A DNA stretch of 64,000 nt from an uncultured Gammaproteobacteria bacterium. GTDB lineage: Bacteria > Patescibacteriota > Microgenomatia > JAMCZE01. Positions 55,808-64,000 of this stretch are shown in pieces. Below the pieces are notes generated by a model, which worked only from the letters and a program-made list of their open reading frames with translations, ran no database searches and had not been told where the DNA came from. The position numbers and the translations under genes are program-made. Numbering within the stretch: the stretch's first letter is position 1; every line of letters begins with the position of its first letter. The stretch covers positions 98,345 through 162,344 of the forward strand of contig CAZNUP010000001.1 in the NCBI GenBank assembly GCA_964576435.1, written 5' to 3'.

Positions 55808-56209
55808 TTATCCACGTGGATTTGGTTGAAGTGTTCCCACTCTATTTCCTTCAGAATCTTCAATTGCGACGTATTTTCCAATTCCCGGAATATCCATAGG
55901 TTCTCCCAAGATTTTTCCTCCCGCCTTCTTTACCATTTCCATGCTGGTGTTAATGTCTTCAACTGCAATCACAACTGAGGGCATTTGAAATCCAGGTTTA
56001 TCGGCTTTTGGAAAAAACCCACCATTAATTGTTCCAGGAGTTTTAACCATTCCGTTCTCGTCAGTATCAGAGGTCTGGGCCATTACATATCCGCCGTATT
56101 CTTCACCAGCAATTTGCATTTTCCATCCAAACGCTTCCTCATAAAATTTAACTACTCGAGCTTTGTCAGACGCTGGCATCTCAAAATGAACTACTGGGTT
56201 TGGTTTCAT
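55808..56209 (-). CDS. VOC/glyoxalase-family protein
   Basis: 'HFEMPASDKARVVKFYEEAFGW' and 'DSEGNRVGT' are typical of VOC. Confidence 0.65.
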   Translation of the reverse strand: MKPNPVVHFEMPASDKARVVKFYEEAFGWKMQIAGEEYGGYVMAQTSDTDENGMVKTPGTINGGFFPKADKPGFQMPSVVIAVEDINTSMEMVKKAGGKILGEPMDIPGIGKYVAIEDSEGNRVGTLQPNPRG

Positions 56210-56223
56210 ATACCTATTTTAAC

Positions 56224-56601
56224 TTACCCTTTGATAGTTTTTAAACCATCAAGGTCTTCGTTTAATTTAGCTTGTCCCTTAATCAATTTTTTTATTAGAT
56301 CAGTTTGCAATTTCTCACTAAGAGGCAGTTGAATTGTGCCTTTGGTCATTTCATATCCCTTAAGTTCCTTTTCAAACTCTTTTCTAACCGGTTCTTTTAT
56401 TCCATAAAGTCCAATATGTTTTTCCCAAAAAGCAAAATAGGCAAGCCACCCATGATATTTATAAGCAGGCATTGAATAACTAATTCTCTCCTCAGCACTG
56501 GGGACCACGTCCTTTATAATTTTCCTAATTTCTTGAAGTCTTCCTTGGATTTCTTTTGGAGCCAAAGCTATGTATTGGTCAACATTTTTGAAGGAATTCA
56601 T
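56224..56601 (-). CDS. DUF1801 (YdhG-like) family protein
   Basis: 'YSMPAYKYHGWLAYFAFWEKHIGLY' resembles the DUF1801 core. Confidence 0.5.
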   Translation of the reverse strand: MNSFKNVDQYIALAPKEIQGRLQEIRKIIKDVVPSAEERISYSMPAYKYHGWLAYFAFWEKHIGLYGIKEPVRKEFEKELKGYEMTKGTIQLPLSEKLQTDLIKKLIKGQAKLNEDLDGLKTIKG

Positions 56602-56622
56602 CTGTGGAGTATATCAAAAAAC

Positions 56623-56660
56623 AAAAAACTCCGAGCACCCTTTGTAACTCGGAGTTTTCT
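56623..56660 (-). terminator. Rho-independent terminator downstream of the cold-shock gene (stem CTCCGAG/CTCGGAG flanked by A- and T-tracts)
   Basis: 'aaaaaaCTCCGAGcaccctttgtaaCTCGGAGttttct' read directly. Confidence 0.65.
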
Positions 56661-56670
56661 TAAATAAGCC

Positions 56671-56868
56671 TTAAGCTAATTTAACGTTTTTAGCACTTGG
56701 CCCTTTTTCTCCGTCAACGACGTCGAAAGTAACGGCTTGGCCAACTTGCAAAGCTTCAAAAGTAACACCGACCAAATCTTTCGAATGAAAGAAAAGATCT
56801 TTTGTTTCGCCTTCTCTGGCGATAAATCCAAAACCTCGATCTGTTTTGGTTTTGATTGTCCCTGTCAT
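56671..56868 (-). CDS. Cold-shock protein (CspA family)
   Basis: 'GTIKTKTDRGFGFIAREGETKDLFFH' contains the RNP1/RNP2 motifs. Confidence 0.85.
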   Translation of the reverse strand: MTGTIKTKTDRGFGFIAREGETKDLFFHSKDLVGVTFEALQVGQAVTFDVVDGEKGPSAKNVKLA

Positions 56869-56963
56869 ATATTTTTTTAGAATAATTAATTAACCCTGGA
56901 CTATGCGAGCAGTATATCACACTCTTGCTACTCTTACCTTACCTGTCCTGTTAAAATGAAAAT

Positions 56964-57650
56964 ATGGTCGAAAGAATGGTCAAAATTGGAGGACTCTTTT
57001 CACTTTTCGGGGGTATCGCTTTTGTGGGAGTGTTCACATACCTGGCAATTAATTTTCATTATCCAGATATTTTGGATGGTGACGCCTATCATGTATTACC
57101 CAAGGTTATTGCGGGCGGCCAAGAAATGCGTACAGTCTGGGCTATCTACGCTTTTCTCCCATTAACTCTCATCTTTGCAGCACTTGGAACCTATTCGTAT
57201 TTAAAAGATAAGTTTAACTCTCTAGCTGTAGCTGGATTAGTTTTTGCCACAATCTCTGCATTTGCAAATATGCTGGGCCTCCTGCGCTGGCCAAGTATCA
57301 ATTGGGTATTAGCGGAAAAATTTGTAACAGCAACAACTAGTCAAAAAGAAATTATTAATGCAGTTTTCCTAGGTCTAAATTCTTATCTAGGAAACTACAT
57401 TGGCGAATTCCTAGGAGAGTTAACTCTCAATATTTGGTTTCTAACAATTGGACTCGCTCTTATAACAATAAAAGGTAAATTAAAATATCTTGGCTACCTC
57501 GCTTTATTAACAGCTATTCTTGGTTTCATTGGTGGATTCAGAAATGTAACTGGAGTTGTAAGTATTGCAGCCGAAATCAACAACTATCTCTTACCACTAT
57601 TCTTAATTGTTCTAGGTGTATTTCTTCTTCAGGTTAAAAAATCTCTTTAA
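56964..57650 (+). CDS. Hypothetical polytopic membrane protein (about 6 TM)
   Basis: Hydrophobicity pattern only. Confidence 0.4.
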   Translation: MVERMVKIGGLFSLFGGIAFVGVFTYLAINFHYPDILDGDAYHVLPKVIAGGQEMRTVWAIYAFLPLTLIFAALGTYSYLKDKFNSLAVAGLVFATISAFANMLGLLRWPSINWVLAEKFVTATTSQKEIINAVFLGLNSYLGNYIGEFLGELTLNIWFLTIGLALITIKGKLKYLGYLALLTAILGFIGGFRNVTGVVSIAAEINNYLLPLFLIVLGVFLLQVKKSL

Positions 57651-57672
57651 GTCTCCCTTATTTTAATAGTTA

Positions 57673-58212
57673 TTAGAAATCTTGAATACTAGTTTTTCCC
57701 TCAATCAAAACTCCTTTGTAAATTGTCGGACTATCAATTTTATGTTTGGATGTATTACTAATCTCGCGCTGATGTTTTAAGTTTAATATCGTCTCCTTTT
57801 GCTTACTAGATACATTCCTCAACAACTTTTCAAGTTTTGCATCAACATCCCCACTTGGTAATTTTTTATCAAACCATATTTCTATTTCCCATTTTCTGCC
57901 TTTAAATTCATGTATGAGGACAATAATAGTACCCTGAGGTCTACCCTCAAGTGGAAATTTAATAAAATCCCCAAATTGATATTTTCGAAATTTCCCTTGA
58001 TTAATAAAATCGTTTAAAGCCTTATGCGAAGCTTGTTCGGGGTCACTAGGTAAAACAGTTATGTCAATGTCCGGTCCCCACATCAAGTCGTAGCTATAAC
58101 TACCACTTAAAATCACCTTTCCATATTTGGAGAGAGTTTCCAAAACATTCCCATAAGCTAAAAGGCTGTCAGCTTCCGCCTTTGTCCTTTGAGAAAATTC
58201 CATTACATCCAT
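57673..58212 (-). CDS. Nucleotidyltransferase-fold protein (pol-beta superfamily), possibly a small-molecule nucleotidyltransferase
   Basis: 'LSGSYSYDLMWGPDIDITVL' fits [GS]-x9-13-D-x-[DE] of minimal nucleotidyltransferases. Confidence 0.45.
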   Translation of the reverse strand: MDVMEFSQRTKAEADSLLAYGNVLETLSKYGKVILSGSYSYDLMWGPDIDITVLPSDPEQASHKALNDFINQGKFRKYQFGDFIKFPLEGRPQGTIIVLIHEFKGRKWEIEIWFDKKLPSGDVDAKLEKLLRNVSSKQKETILNLKHQREISNTSKHKIDSPTIYKGVLIEGKTSIQDF

Positions 58213-58313
58213 AAAAGAATAATATCATAGGTTCAAATGACCTATTCGGATGGTGACCATCGTACTGTCTAGCTTTAGAAGAGTCTAAGTCCAAAAAAAG
58301 CAGATACCCCAAC

Positions 58314-58787
58314 TTGGTCACCCAAACAATTTCTAAGAGGACTATAATAAAACAAATTAATAAACAATCATTTTCTATTGGGTTTTTATACCACGCAGAT
58401 TCTGCTCGGTTCCTTCTTCAAAAAGACCATGAAAGTGGGCCTTCCAATTGGAAGCTGATGGGCTCCAAATGTCTTACCAAATTTAGTGCCCAAAGCTTCA
58501 AGAATTTAGTGCAAAAACAGCTAAATCTCGAGATTCAAACACTTTCTATTCACCATATCTATGATTACTACCAACGTGACTTGGGCCGGGACAATTTTGT
58601 CTCGTATGCCGAAGTCGAAAGTTTAAAAGATTTTCCTGAAATATTAAATCAAACATTCGCCTGGTTCACTCTAAAAGAAATCTCTAAACTTTCACTCTCC
58701 CAACAGACCAAACAAGACCTTATTGTTGGTCAAAGGGTGATTGACTCCGATAACAGAAGAAAAACTGGTGAAAGAACAATCGGCTAA
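58314..58787 (+). CDS. Hypothetical protein
   Basis: ORF only. Confidence 0.3.
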   Translation: MVTQTISKRTIIKQINKQSFSIGFLYHADSARFLLQKDHESGPSNWKLMGSKCLTKFSAQSFKNLVQKQLNLEIQTLSIHHIYDYYQRDLGRDNFVSYAEVESLKDFPEILNQTFAWFTLKEISKLSLSQQTKQDLIVGQRVIDSDNRRKTGERTIG

Positions 58788-58808
58788 TCGGGGATTATTA
58801 ATATTTCT

Positions 58809-59309
58809 TTATTCACCAGCCCTTTTAATTGTTTCTAGGTCAAGTTTCTTCATTGGCAAAAAAGCAGCACTAACAGCATCAGCTTTTTGAGGATCTCTCA
58901 TAAGCTCATCCAAAATCCTTGGGGTTATCTGCCACGTGATACCAAATTTGTCTCTACACCATCCGCACTGTTCAGCGGAAGGGTCAGCTGAAAGTTTTTC
59001 CCAAAAGAAATCAATTTCTTCTTGCGTCTCGCACTCAACCATAAAAGATGTAGATCCATTAAGTTTGTACTCACCAAAAGGACCACCATTAAGAAGCATA
59101 AAACTAATTCCATCAAGTTCACACTCAGCAGTCATGATAGAGCCCTCAGGTCTACCAGAAACTTTTTCAGTTGCTTTGGGAACTTTTGTGATATCTCCAA
59201 GTTTTGCTTCATGATTACCAGGAGCTGAATTAAAAGTATCTATGTAGTATTTTGCTGCCTCTTCTCCATTGTTGTTAACAAACCAGATGCATGTAATTAG
59301 TCTACTCAT
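58809..59309 (-). CDS. VOC-superfamily protein of the PhnB/3-demethylubiquinone-9 3-methyltransferase-domain type
   Basis: 'CGWCRDKFGITWQI' and 'CIWFVNNNGEEA' are typical of the PhnB-like family. Confidence 0.6.
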   Translation of the reverse strand: MSRLITCIWFVNNNGEEAAKYYIDTFNSAPGNHEAKLGDITKVPKATEKVSGRPEGSIMTAECELDGISFMLLNGGPFGEYKLNGSTSFMVECETQEEIDFFWEKLSADPSAEQCGWCRDKFGITWQITPRILDELMRDPQKADAVSAAFLPMKKLDLETIKRAGE

Positions 59310-59394
59310 TTAATTATTCTAACATGTCGTGGAAATTTTCATTAGGATCGCTAGTTGGGTGATTTACGAACCTTTCGCATAAATCCAAGTTCTT

Positions 59395-60048
59395 CTAGTC
59401 ATTTCCAATTGTTAATTTGATAATCCCTAGATCCAGCTCCCTAAGAGTTAGTCTTCCGAAGTCCCAAAATCTATAATTAAGTTTTTGCAAGTTCGCAAAC
59501 ATTTTGGATTTAAATCCTTCTATGCCATTGCTTCTCTTTTCTAAATACTTTACCGAATACAATCGGGCACCTCTTTCGACAAGGTGATAGGACTCGGGTG
59601 GTTTTTCTTCCGCAGCTCTCATAAGAGTCCGTTTAAATCTACCTAACTGCCAAAGATGATATATCTCGTGCGCCATAGCTTCTCGTAGTTGATTTTCCGC
59701 ATGCCAGGAAGTTATCGGGTTGTCTAGACTTCGAGCCGTTTGTATCAAAAAGTGTTCTGAAAAAATAATACTTGGACGGTTCTTAAAATTACGAGGTACA
59801 ACAAGATGTGCTTTCACATCATTTTCTTCCATTATTCGTTGTCTCGAAGCCTCTATTTTACAGTTTTCAATCTTTCTTTCTTGAGACACAGACAAATACG
59901 AGTCTGCAATTATGAGTGCAATTTTTTGACGAGTTTCGTCGTTAAACTTCCGGAGTCGTCTATCAATTTGAAGTTGTTTTTTTACCCAAATTTGTTTCTC
60001 CGATAAATCTCTTGCATCCGATTTTATCCATTTTCGTTCCAAATACAT
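59395..60048 (-). CDS. Putative Zn-dependent metallopeptidase-like protein (HExxH)
   Basis: 'AMAHEIYHLWQLGRF' plus a downstream Glu run 'AAEEKPPE' as a possible third ligand. No further family assignment possible. Confidence 0.4.
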   Translation of the reverse strand: MYLERKWIKSDARDLSEKQIWVKKQLQIDRRLRKFNDETRQKIALIIADSYLSVSQERKIENCKIEASRQRIMEENDVKAHLVVPRNFKNRPSIIFSEHFLIQTARSLDNPITSWHAENQLREAMAHEIYHLWQLGRFKRTLMRAAEEKPPESYHLVERGARLYSVKYLEKRSNGIEGFKSKMFANLQKLNYRFWDFGRLTLRELDLGIIKLTIGND

Positions 60049-60157
60049 CTCCTTAGACTTTAGTCGTTTTTAATAAGGACTATTCGCTCCGCCTCATAGA
60101 AGATGAGAGAACTTACTTTCTCAACCAAAAACAACTAGTCCCACTATATATGCCGTC

Positions 60158-60817
60158 TTAATTATTTGAAATCTTCTCTGATATGTAAGCGTATTTCATA
60201 TCGTAGGGGTCGTTCTTCTTATCGTACACATCACTTAGTTTATAAAATTGCATGTACTTGTAGGGGTAACCAAAAAATAATAATCTTTTCCAAAACTTCC
60301 AGTGTGTTCTACCTTTAAAATGACAATAAATTAGTGGGACATATCCATATTCGTCACCTTCTGGGTCAATATACTCTATCCACTCATAAGGAATAATTCC
60401 AACAGGGTAAACATTAAATAGTTTGTTTTTCTTTTCTCCCTTGAAGGTAAGTCTGGAATCTGATTTTTTGTATACTTCTTTTGGCATTTCAGCAAAGAAT
60501 TCAATGCCATCAAATCTAGTTGCCTTAATATCTGCTCGAATGTGTGAGTAGCCAGAGAATCTTTTTTCCTTATTAGAGGGATAGTCTTTGAAATATCTAT
60601 TAATATTAACTAGATAAACCTTTGGACTTAATCCCTTACTATGAATATCGCGTAAAATCTTCTCAGCCTGTTCTTTGAGCTTCTCTCTGTGTTCTAATTT
60701 TGATTTAGTCGACAGTCTTTTTGACAAAAAGAATATATGATAAGCAATAAAGCTTTGTACTATCAAACTTAAAATCCAACCATAATTTGCTTGTATCCAT
60801 TCCATATACATAATCAT
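60158..60817 (-). CDS. Hypothetical N-terminally membrane-anchored Tyr/Lys-rich protein
   Basis: One TM helix ('WILSLIVQSFIAYHIFFL'). Sits between the 945-aa protein gene and the HExxH gene on the same strand. Confidence 0.35.
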   Translation of the reverse strand: MIMYMEWIQANYGWILSLIVQSFIAYHIFFLSKRLSTKSKLEHREKLKEQAEKILRDIHSKGLSPKVYLVNINRYFKDYPSNKEKRFSGYSHIRADIKATRFDGIEFFAEMPKEVYKKSDSRLTFKGEKKNKLFNVYPVGIIPYEWIEYIDPEGDEYGYVPLIYCHFKGRTHWKFWKRLLFFGYPYKYMQFYKLSDVYDKKNDPYDMKYAYISEKISNN

Positions 60818-60946
60818 ATTATAACCCGTGTATACCCGTGTATTTGTCCTTTTAAATATTTATAGAAATACTCGTTTTTAAGGCTAAAAATTGCACTTTT
60901 TTGATAGAACATAAAAATATTATGAGCATTCTCATGGGTCTCTAGC

Positions 60947-63784
60947 CTAATGACGGTCTTTTTCGGCTATTAACTTAAACTTACCTGTTATTGTTCCATC
61001 GCAATTTAAGATATAAGCACCTGAAATTTGTTGAATTTTCCCATTGCCATGTCCGCCACCCAATACCGCTTTTTCCCCAACTAAAGTCCAAACTAATGAC
61101 AATTTATTCTTTTTAAGGAACTCTAAGAATTTCCCCTTTTTAACCGCTAACACTGACTTACCGCCTTCATTTAAGGATAGGTCACCGCAAATTATTTCGC
61201 CTTTATTGTTTACCCAAAAACCATCTTGATTCGCATGGTTGATTTTCATGCCTTCGACTAGCCACTTAGAAGGTAACGAAATGCTAAACGATTCTTCAAC
61301 TGACTTGTCTCTACTTGCGTTTGTGATTGAAAACTCGTCATTAACCTCCATAATGCCATGCGGCATTTTGCTTCTACCCATACGCGCCCATACTTTTGTA
61401 ATCCAACCATCGGGTGGGGTGTCATAGCTGGAATAAATTGCTTGATAAATCTCTGAATCGGGATATTCCCTAAAGAAACATTCTTTTGAACCATCTCGAA
61501 CTTCGGGCATCCACCTTCCATAAAAATTCTGTCTTTCAAACCACTTAAAAAAATCTTCCGCGGTATCTTCCTTTACCAAATACGAGTAAAGCAAGTAAAA
61601 TATATCTCTGCTAGGAAATTCATATTTTTCTTCTTCTGGTGGCGTATCTTGTTCCCATTTAAAGTAAGAATTCAGAATATACCATTCAGTACCGTCGGGG
61701 TCTTTATAAGCCGTGAGTAATAGCGGGTCAGGTAAATCAGCCCTTCTTTTAATCCATTTTTCGCTCGATTCTTTCGCTTTCCAGGCGTCGTATTTGGGTT
61801 GCCATGGGGAATTATCAAAACTTGGCTTGTGTAGTGCTATGCAAGTAGGATCAATATCTCGAATGTTAATTTGCCAAGCACCTTTATAGTTACCACATTC
61901 TGGCGGGTAATCCTTTTCGAGAAACCTAAAGTTATCAGCAAGATAACCAATCAACTCATGTAAGGCAATCCATTGATATTTTTTACCAATTCTTTCTATT
62001 GGGTGGTCATCTCTACCGTTGTCATAATGTGTAGCTCGCATGCCGTCAAAATATCCATGGAGTTTTGGGTCATATAATTCAAATACTCTTTTAATTATCC
62101 AGCGTTTGGCAATTTCAGGGTTAAAGCTTACTCCACGACGAGTTCGTGGGTGTTTTTGAATTTTCTGGTATTGTTTCTTTTGATCTACGCCTAATGAGCG
62201 CCAAAAATCTCGTTTTACAGACTCTATTGCATTCGCGAGCCTTTTTTCCTCTGCGGCTTTTTTCTTTTCTTCTTCTGTTTGATTTTCGCCTTCTTCTTTA
62301 AGATAACTTAATATACTAATAAAAGGCCTGAATTCTTTGATTTGTTTGTACGATTTTCTTTGTGCGCGATTTAAACTTGCTTCAAAACTATTTTCAAGTT
62401 CTTTAAGCGTGGGCGGACAGGGCTCATACATTTTAATAGCCGTCCAATGACCTATGGCAGGTTCAACAACATATCTGAAAAAGTCTGCAATACCATCAAA
62501 GGAGTTCCATATTGCCCTCACGCCTCGATCTTCATAAGACGCTTTATCCCAACTGAAAGCCTTCGGTTCAAATTTATCTTCTAAGTCCTTCATTGTGGGT
62601 AGTCTTTTAGGCCATTTAGTGTTTTGAATAGAACTTACTTTTGTTAGATCAGGTATGACATAAGCCTTTTGTTTTGCCAATAAATCGAGTATGCACTTTG
62701 CGTAATCTCTAATAAGGATATGTGACACAGACTTTTTTGCCAAAAAGACACTTTCATAGATTACTTTTCCCATTTTTGGTAAAGAAGGGTCTTTATAATG
62801 ATTCAAACGTAAAACAACACCGTATGTCACGGCATACAATCTCTCTAAAATATAGGGGTCATCTACACCGCTAAATATGTTATTAAGTTCAAGTAGTTCT
62901 TCTGGTGAATTATCTAAAAGAATTACTAATGCTTTAGTCGATTTGTCTCGAATCGAACGGTTTGACGTTGCAAGAAACCAAGTTAATATTATCCCCATTA
63001 ATAACTTAGATTGACTAGAAATAGCTTTGTTAAAGCTTGCAGATAGTACCCAATGCAATAATCTATCGACAGAACCGTTGTTCCCGTAGTTGTAATGAAG
63101 GAAAGTCGAAGACCATAGGTTATCCCTTGAAGCCATTCCTAGGTTCATCAAGTAACTATGTAGCTTTAGCGCGTTGAACGGGTGGTCTGGCACACCAGCC
63201 ACGTTTAGAACAGTAGAAAAGAACTTAGAGTGACCTTCGTCGAAGGGTAGAACCAATCTGTTGATTATATTAATCGTCTTTACAGGCCGTCCTTTACTAT
63301 TCAGGTAAAAGGCATCGGGCTTACGCCAAATAATGCTTTCCAAAAAAGGTTCTTCAAGAATCTGTTGAGCCCATGGTGCCAAATCAATTAATTCTTCGTT
63401 CAGCCATTCAGGGATTTGAATTGATAACGCATTCATTACCCCTTTGAAAGAATAGTCATAAAAATGTCTGCCTATCGTTCCTGTTTTTCTTAATGCCTTT
63501 TTTATATTATTTTTAGCACCTGCTTCTCCAAATTTATTCTTATCTGCGTACTTGTTCATTAGGTAGCGAGAAATTAAATGGTCGCTAAATCTTTGGTAGG
63601 TAAATCTGTAATCAAACCCTGTTCTATTGCCTTTTTTTCCATAATGAGGAACTCTAATAAGTAAATGATTTTTCTCCAAACTAGAAGTAAGTAATACAAA
63701 GTCGACGCCTGGCAATTCTTTAGCTAAGAACTTTTTAAATTGTCCTTCGCTAATCTTATCTTTATTCCCCCTACCATTTACCAT
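60947..63784 (-). CDS. Large (945 aa) Trp-rich hypothetical protein, complete ORF; unassigned
   Basis: An in-frame stop 58 codons upstream of the ATG, with no alternative start, shows the ORF is complete. The product is soluble, with no TM helix and no Walker A. It has more than 20 Trp and a C-terminal Gly-rich 'GGGHGNGK'. No family recognised by eye. Confidence 0.5.
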   Translation of the reverse strand: MVNGRGNKDKISEGQFKKFLAKELPGVDFVLLTSSLEKNHLLIRVPHYGKKGNRTGFDYRFTYQRFSDHLISRYLMNKYADKNKFGEAGAKNNIKKALRKTGTIGRHFYDYSFKGVMNALSIQIPEWLNEELIDLAPWAQQILEEPFLESIIWRKPDAFYLNSKGRPVKTINIINRLVLPFDEGHSKFFSTVLNVAGVPDHPFNALKLHSYLMNLGMASRDNLWSSTFLHYNYGNNGSVDRLLHWVLSASFNKAISSQSKLLMGIILTWFLATSNRSIRDKSTKALVILLDNSPEELLELNNIFSGVDDPYILERLYAVTYGVVLRLNHYKDPSLPKMGKVIYESVFLAKKSVSHILIRDYAKCILDLLAKQKAYVIPDLTKVSSIQNTKWPKRLPTMKDLEDKFEPKAFSWDKASYEDRGVRAIWNSFDGIADFFRYVVEPAIGHWTAIKMYEPCPPTLKELENSFEASLNRAQRKSYKQIKEFRPFISILSYLKEEGENQTEEEKKKAAEEKRLANAIESVKRDFWRSLGVDQKKQYQKIQKHPRTRRGVSFNPEIAKRWIIKRVFELYDPKLHGYFDGMRATHYDNGRDDHPIERIGKKYQWIALHELIGYLADNFRFLEKDYPPECGNYKGAWQINIRDIDPTCIALHKPSFDNSPWQPKYDAWKAKESSEKWIKRRADLPDPLLLTAYKDPDGTEWYILNSYFKWEQDTPPEEEKYEFPSRDIFYLLYSYLVKEDTAEDFFKWFERQNFYGRWMPEVRDGSKECFFREYPDSEIYQAIYSSYDTPPDGWITKVWARMGRSKMPHGIMEVNDEFSITNASRDKSVEESFSISLPSKWLVEGMKINHANQDGFWVNNKGEIICGDLSLNEGGKSVLAVKKGKFLEFLKKNKLSLVWTLVGEKAVLGGGHGNGKIQQISGAYILNCDGTITGKFKLIAEKDRH

Positions 63785-64000
63785 GCCTTCAGCCAGAGGT
63801 TTTATTAACTTAACCCATACGTCCCCCGCTGAACCGATTTTAAATTCTTTACCAACGTTTTCAGAAACACCTTTAATAAAATCTTCAAAAATTGACGTTG
63901 AACCTTCATGTCCTCTAAAGAGTTGCTTGCCTTTCTTCTTAGCTCGTTTTTGTCGTGATTTACAAAAAAGTAATAAGAAAAGGGGGACGGAAAATTCGGG

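Noticed and set aside
60947-61150. 'ISGAYILNCDGTITGKF' as a Cas12/TnpB RuvC-III motif
   Set aside because: It lacks the conserved Asp before NGAxNIA. No RuvC-I (hGIDxG) or RuvC-II motif, and no CxxC...CxxC zinc finger, is found upstream. There is no CRISPR array nearby.
60947-61200. 'GGGHGNGK' near the C-terminus of the 945-aa protein as a Walker A P-loop
   Set aside because: The residue after GK is Ile, not Ser/Thr, and there is no downstream Walker B hhhhDE. It is more likely a Gly-rich loop.
1-64000. CRISPR arrays, tRNA, rRNA, integrase or transposase genes
   Set aside because: I scanned the intergenic gaps longer than 70 bp (6482-6565, 11654-11924, 17911-18038, 43815-43924, 55592-55807, 60818-60946 and others). 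They are AT-rich spacers with no cloverleaf-compatible GC stems and no direct-repeat/spacer periodicity. No ORF shows integrase or transposase hallmarks.

Overview
The window is a 64 kb stretch of an AT-rich bacterial chromosome spanning the replication origin. The origin is marked by the order rpmH-rnpA-yidD-yidC-jag on the minus strand, dnaA-dnaN on the plus strand, and clusters of DnaA boxes (TTATCCACA and close variants) in the dnaA-dnaN spacer and upstream of dnaA. The gene content looks like a reduced-genome Candidate Phyla Radiation (Patescibacteria) organism: DUF4012 envelope protein, Wzx-like flippase, cupin-type glucose-6-phosphate isomerase next to zwf, topoisomerase IB, many NUDIX and VOC paralogs, many tiny membrane ORFs, and few biosynthetic genes. 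I found no rRNA, tRNA, CRISPR array, integrase or transposase. Beyond housekeeping genes, four things stand out. (1) A minimal type IV secretion-like module sits close to oriC (about 2 kb beyond dnaN). It has a PrgI/VirB3-like membrane protein carrying a long Pro/Thr-rich, coiled-coil and beta-domain extension, followed by a VirB4 ATPase that is split into two translationally coupled ORFs (TAATG overlap). (2) A fusion of an excisionase-type HTH with a CYTH triphosphate-tunnel domain lies directly downstream of a NUDIX gene. (3) A pyruvate kinase gene overlaps a truncated PEP-utilizing enzyme that has only the ATP-grasp-like and phospho-His swivel parts. (4) At the right end there is an unassignable three-gene minus-strand module: a 945-aa Trp-rich protein, a membrane-anchored protein and a HExxH metallopeptidase-like protein. 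This is the best candidate for an undescribed system, together with the T4SS-like module. All functional calls rest on motifs read by eye from the translations; no database search was run.
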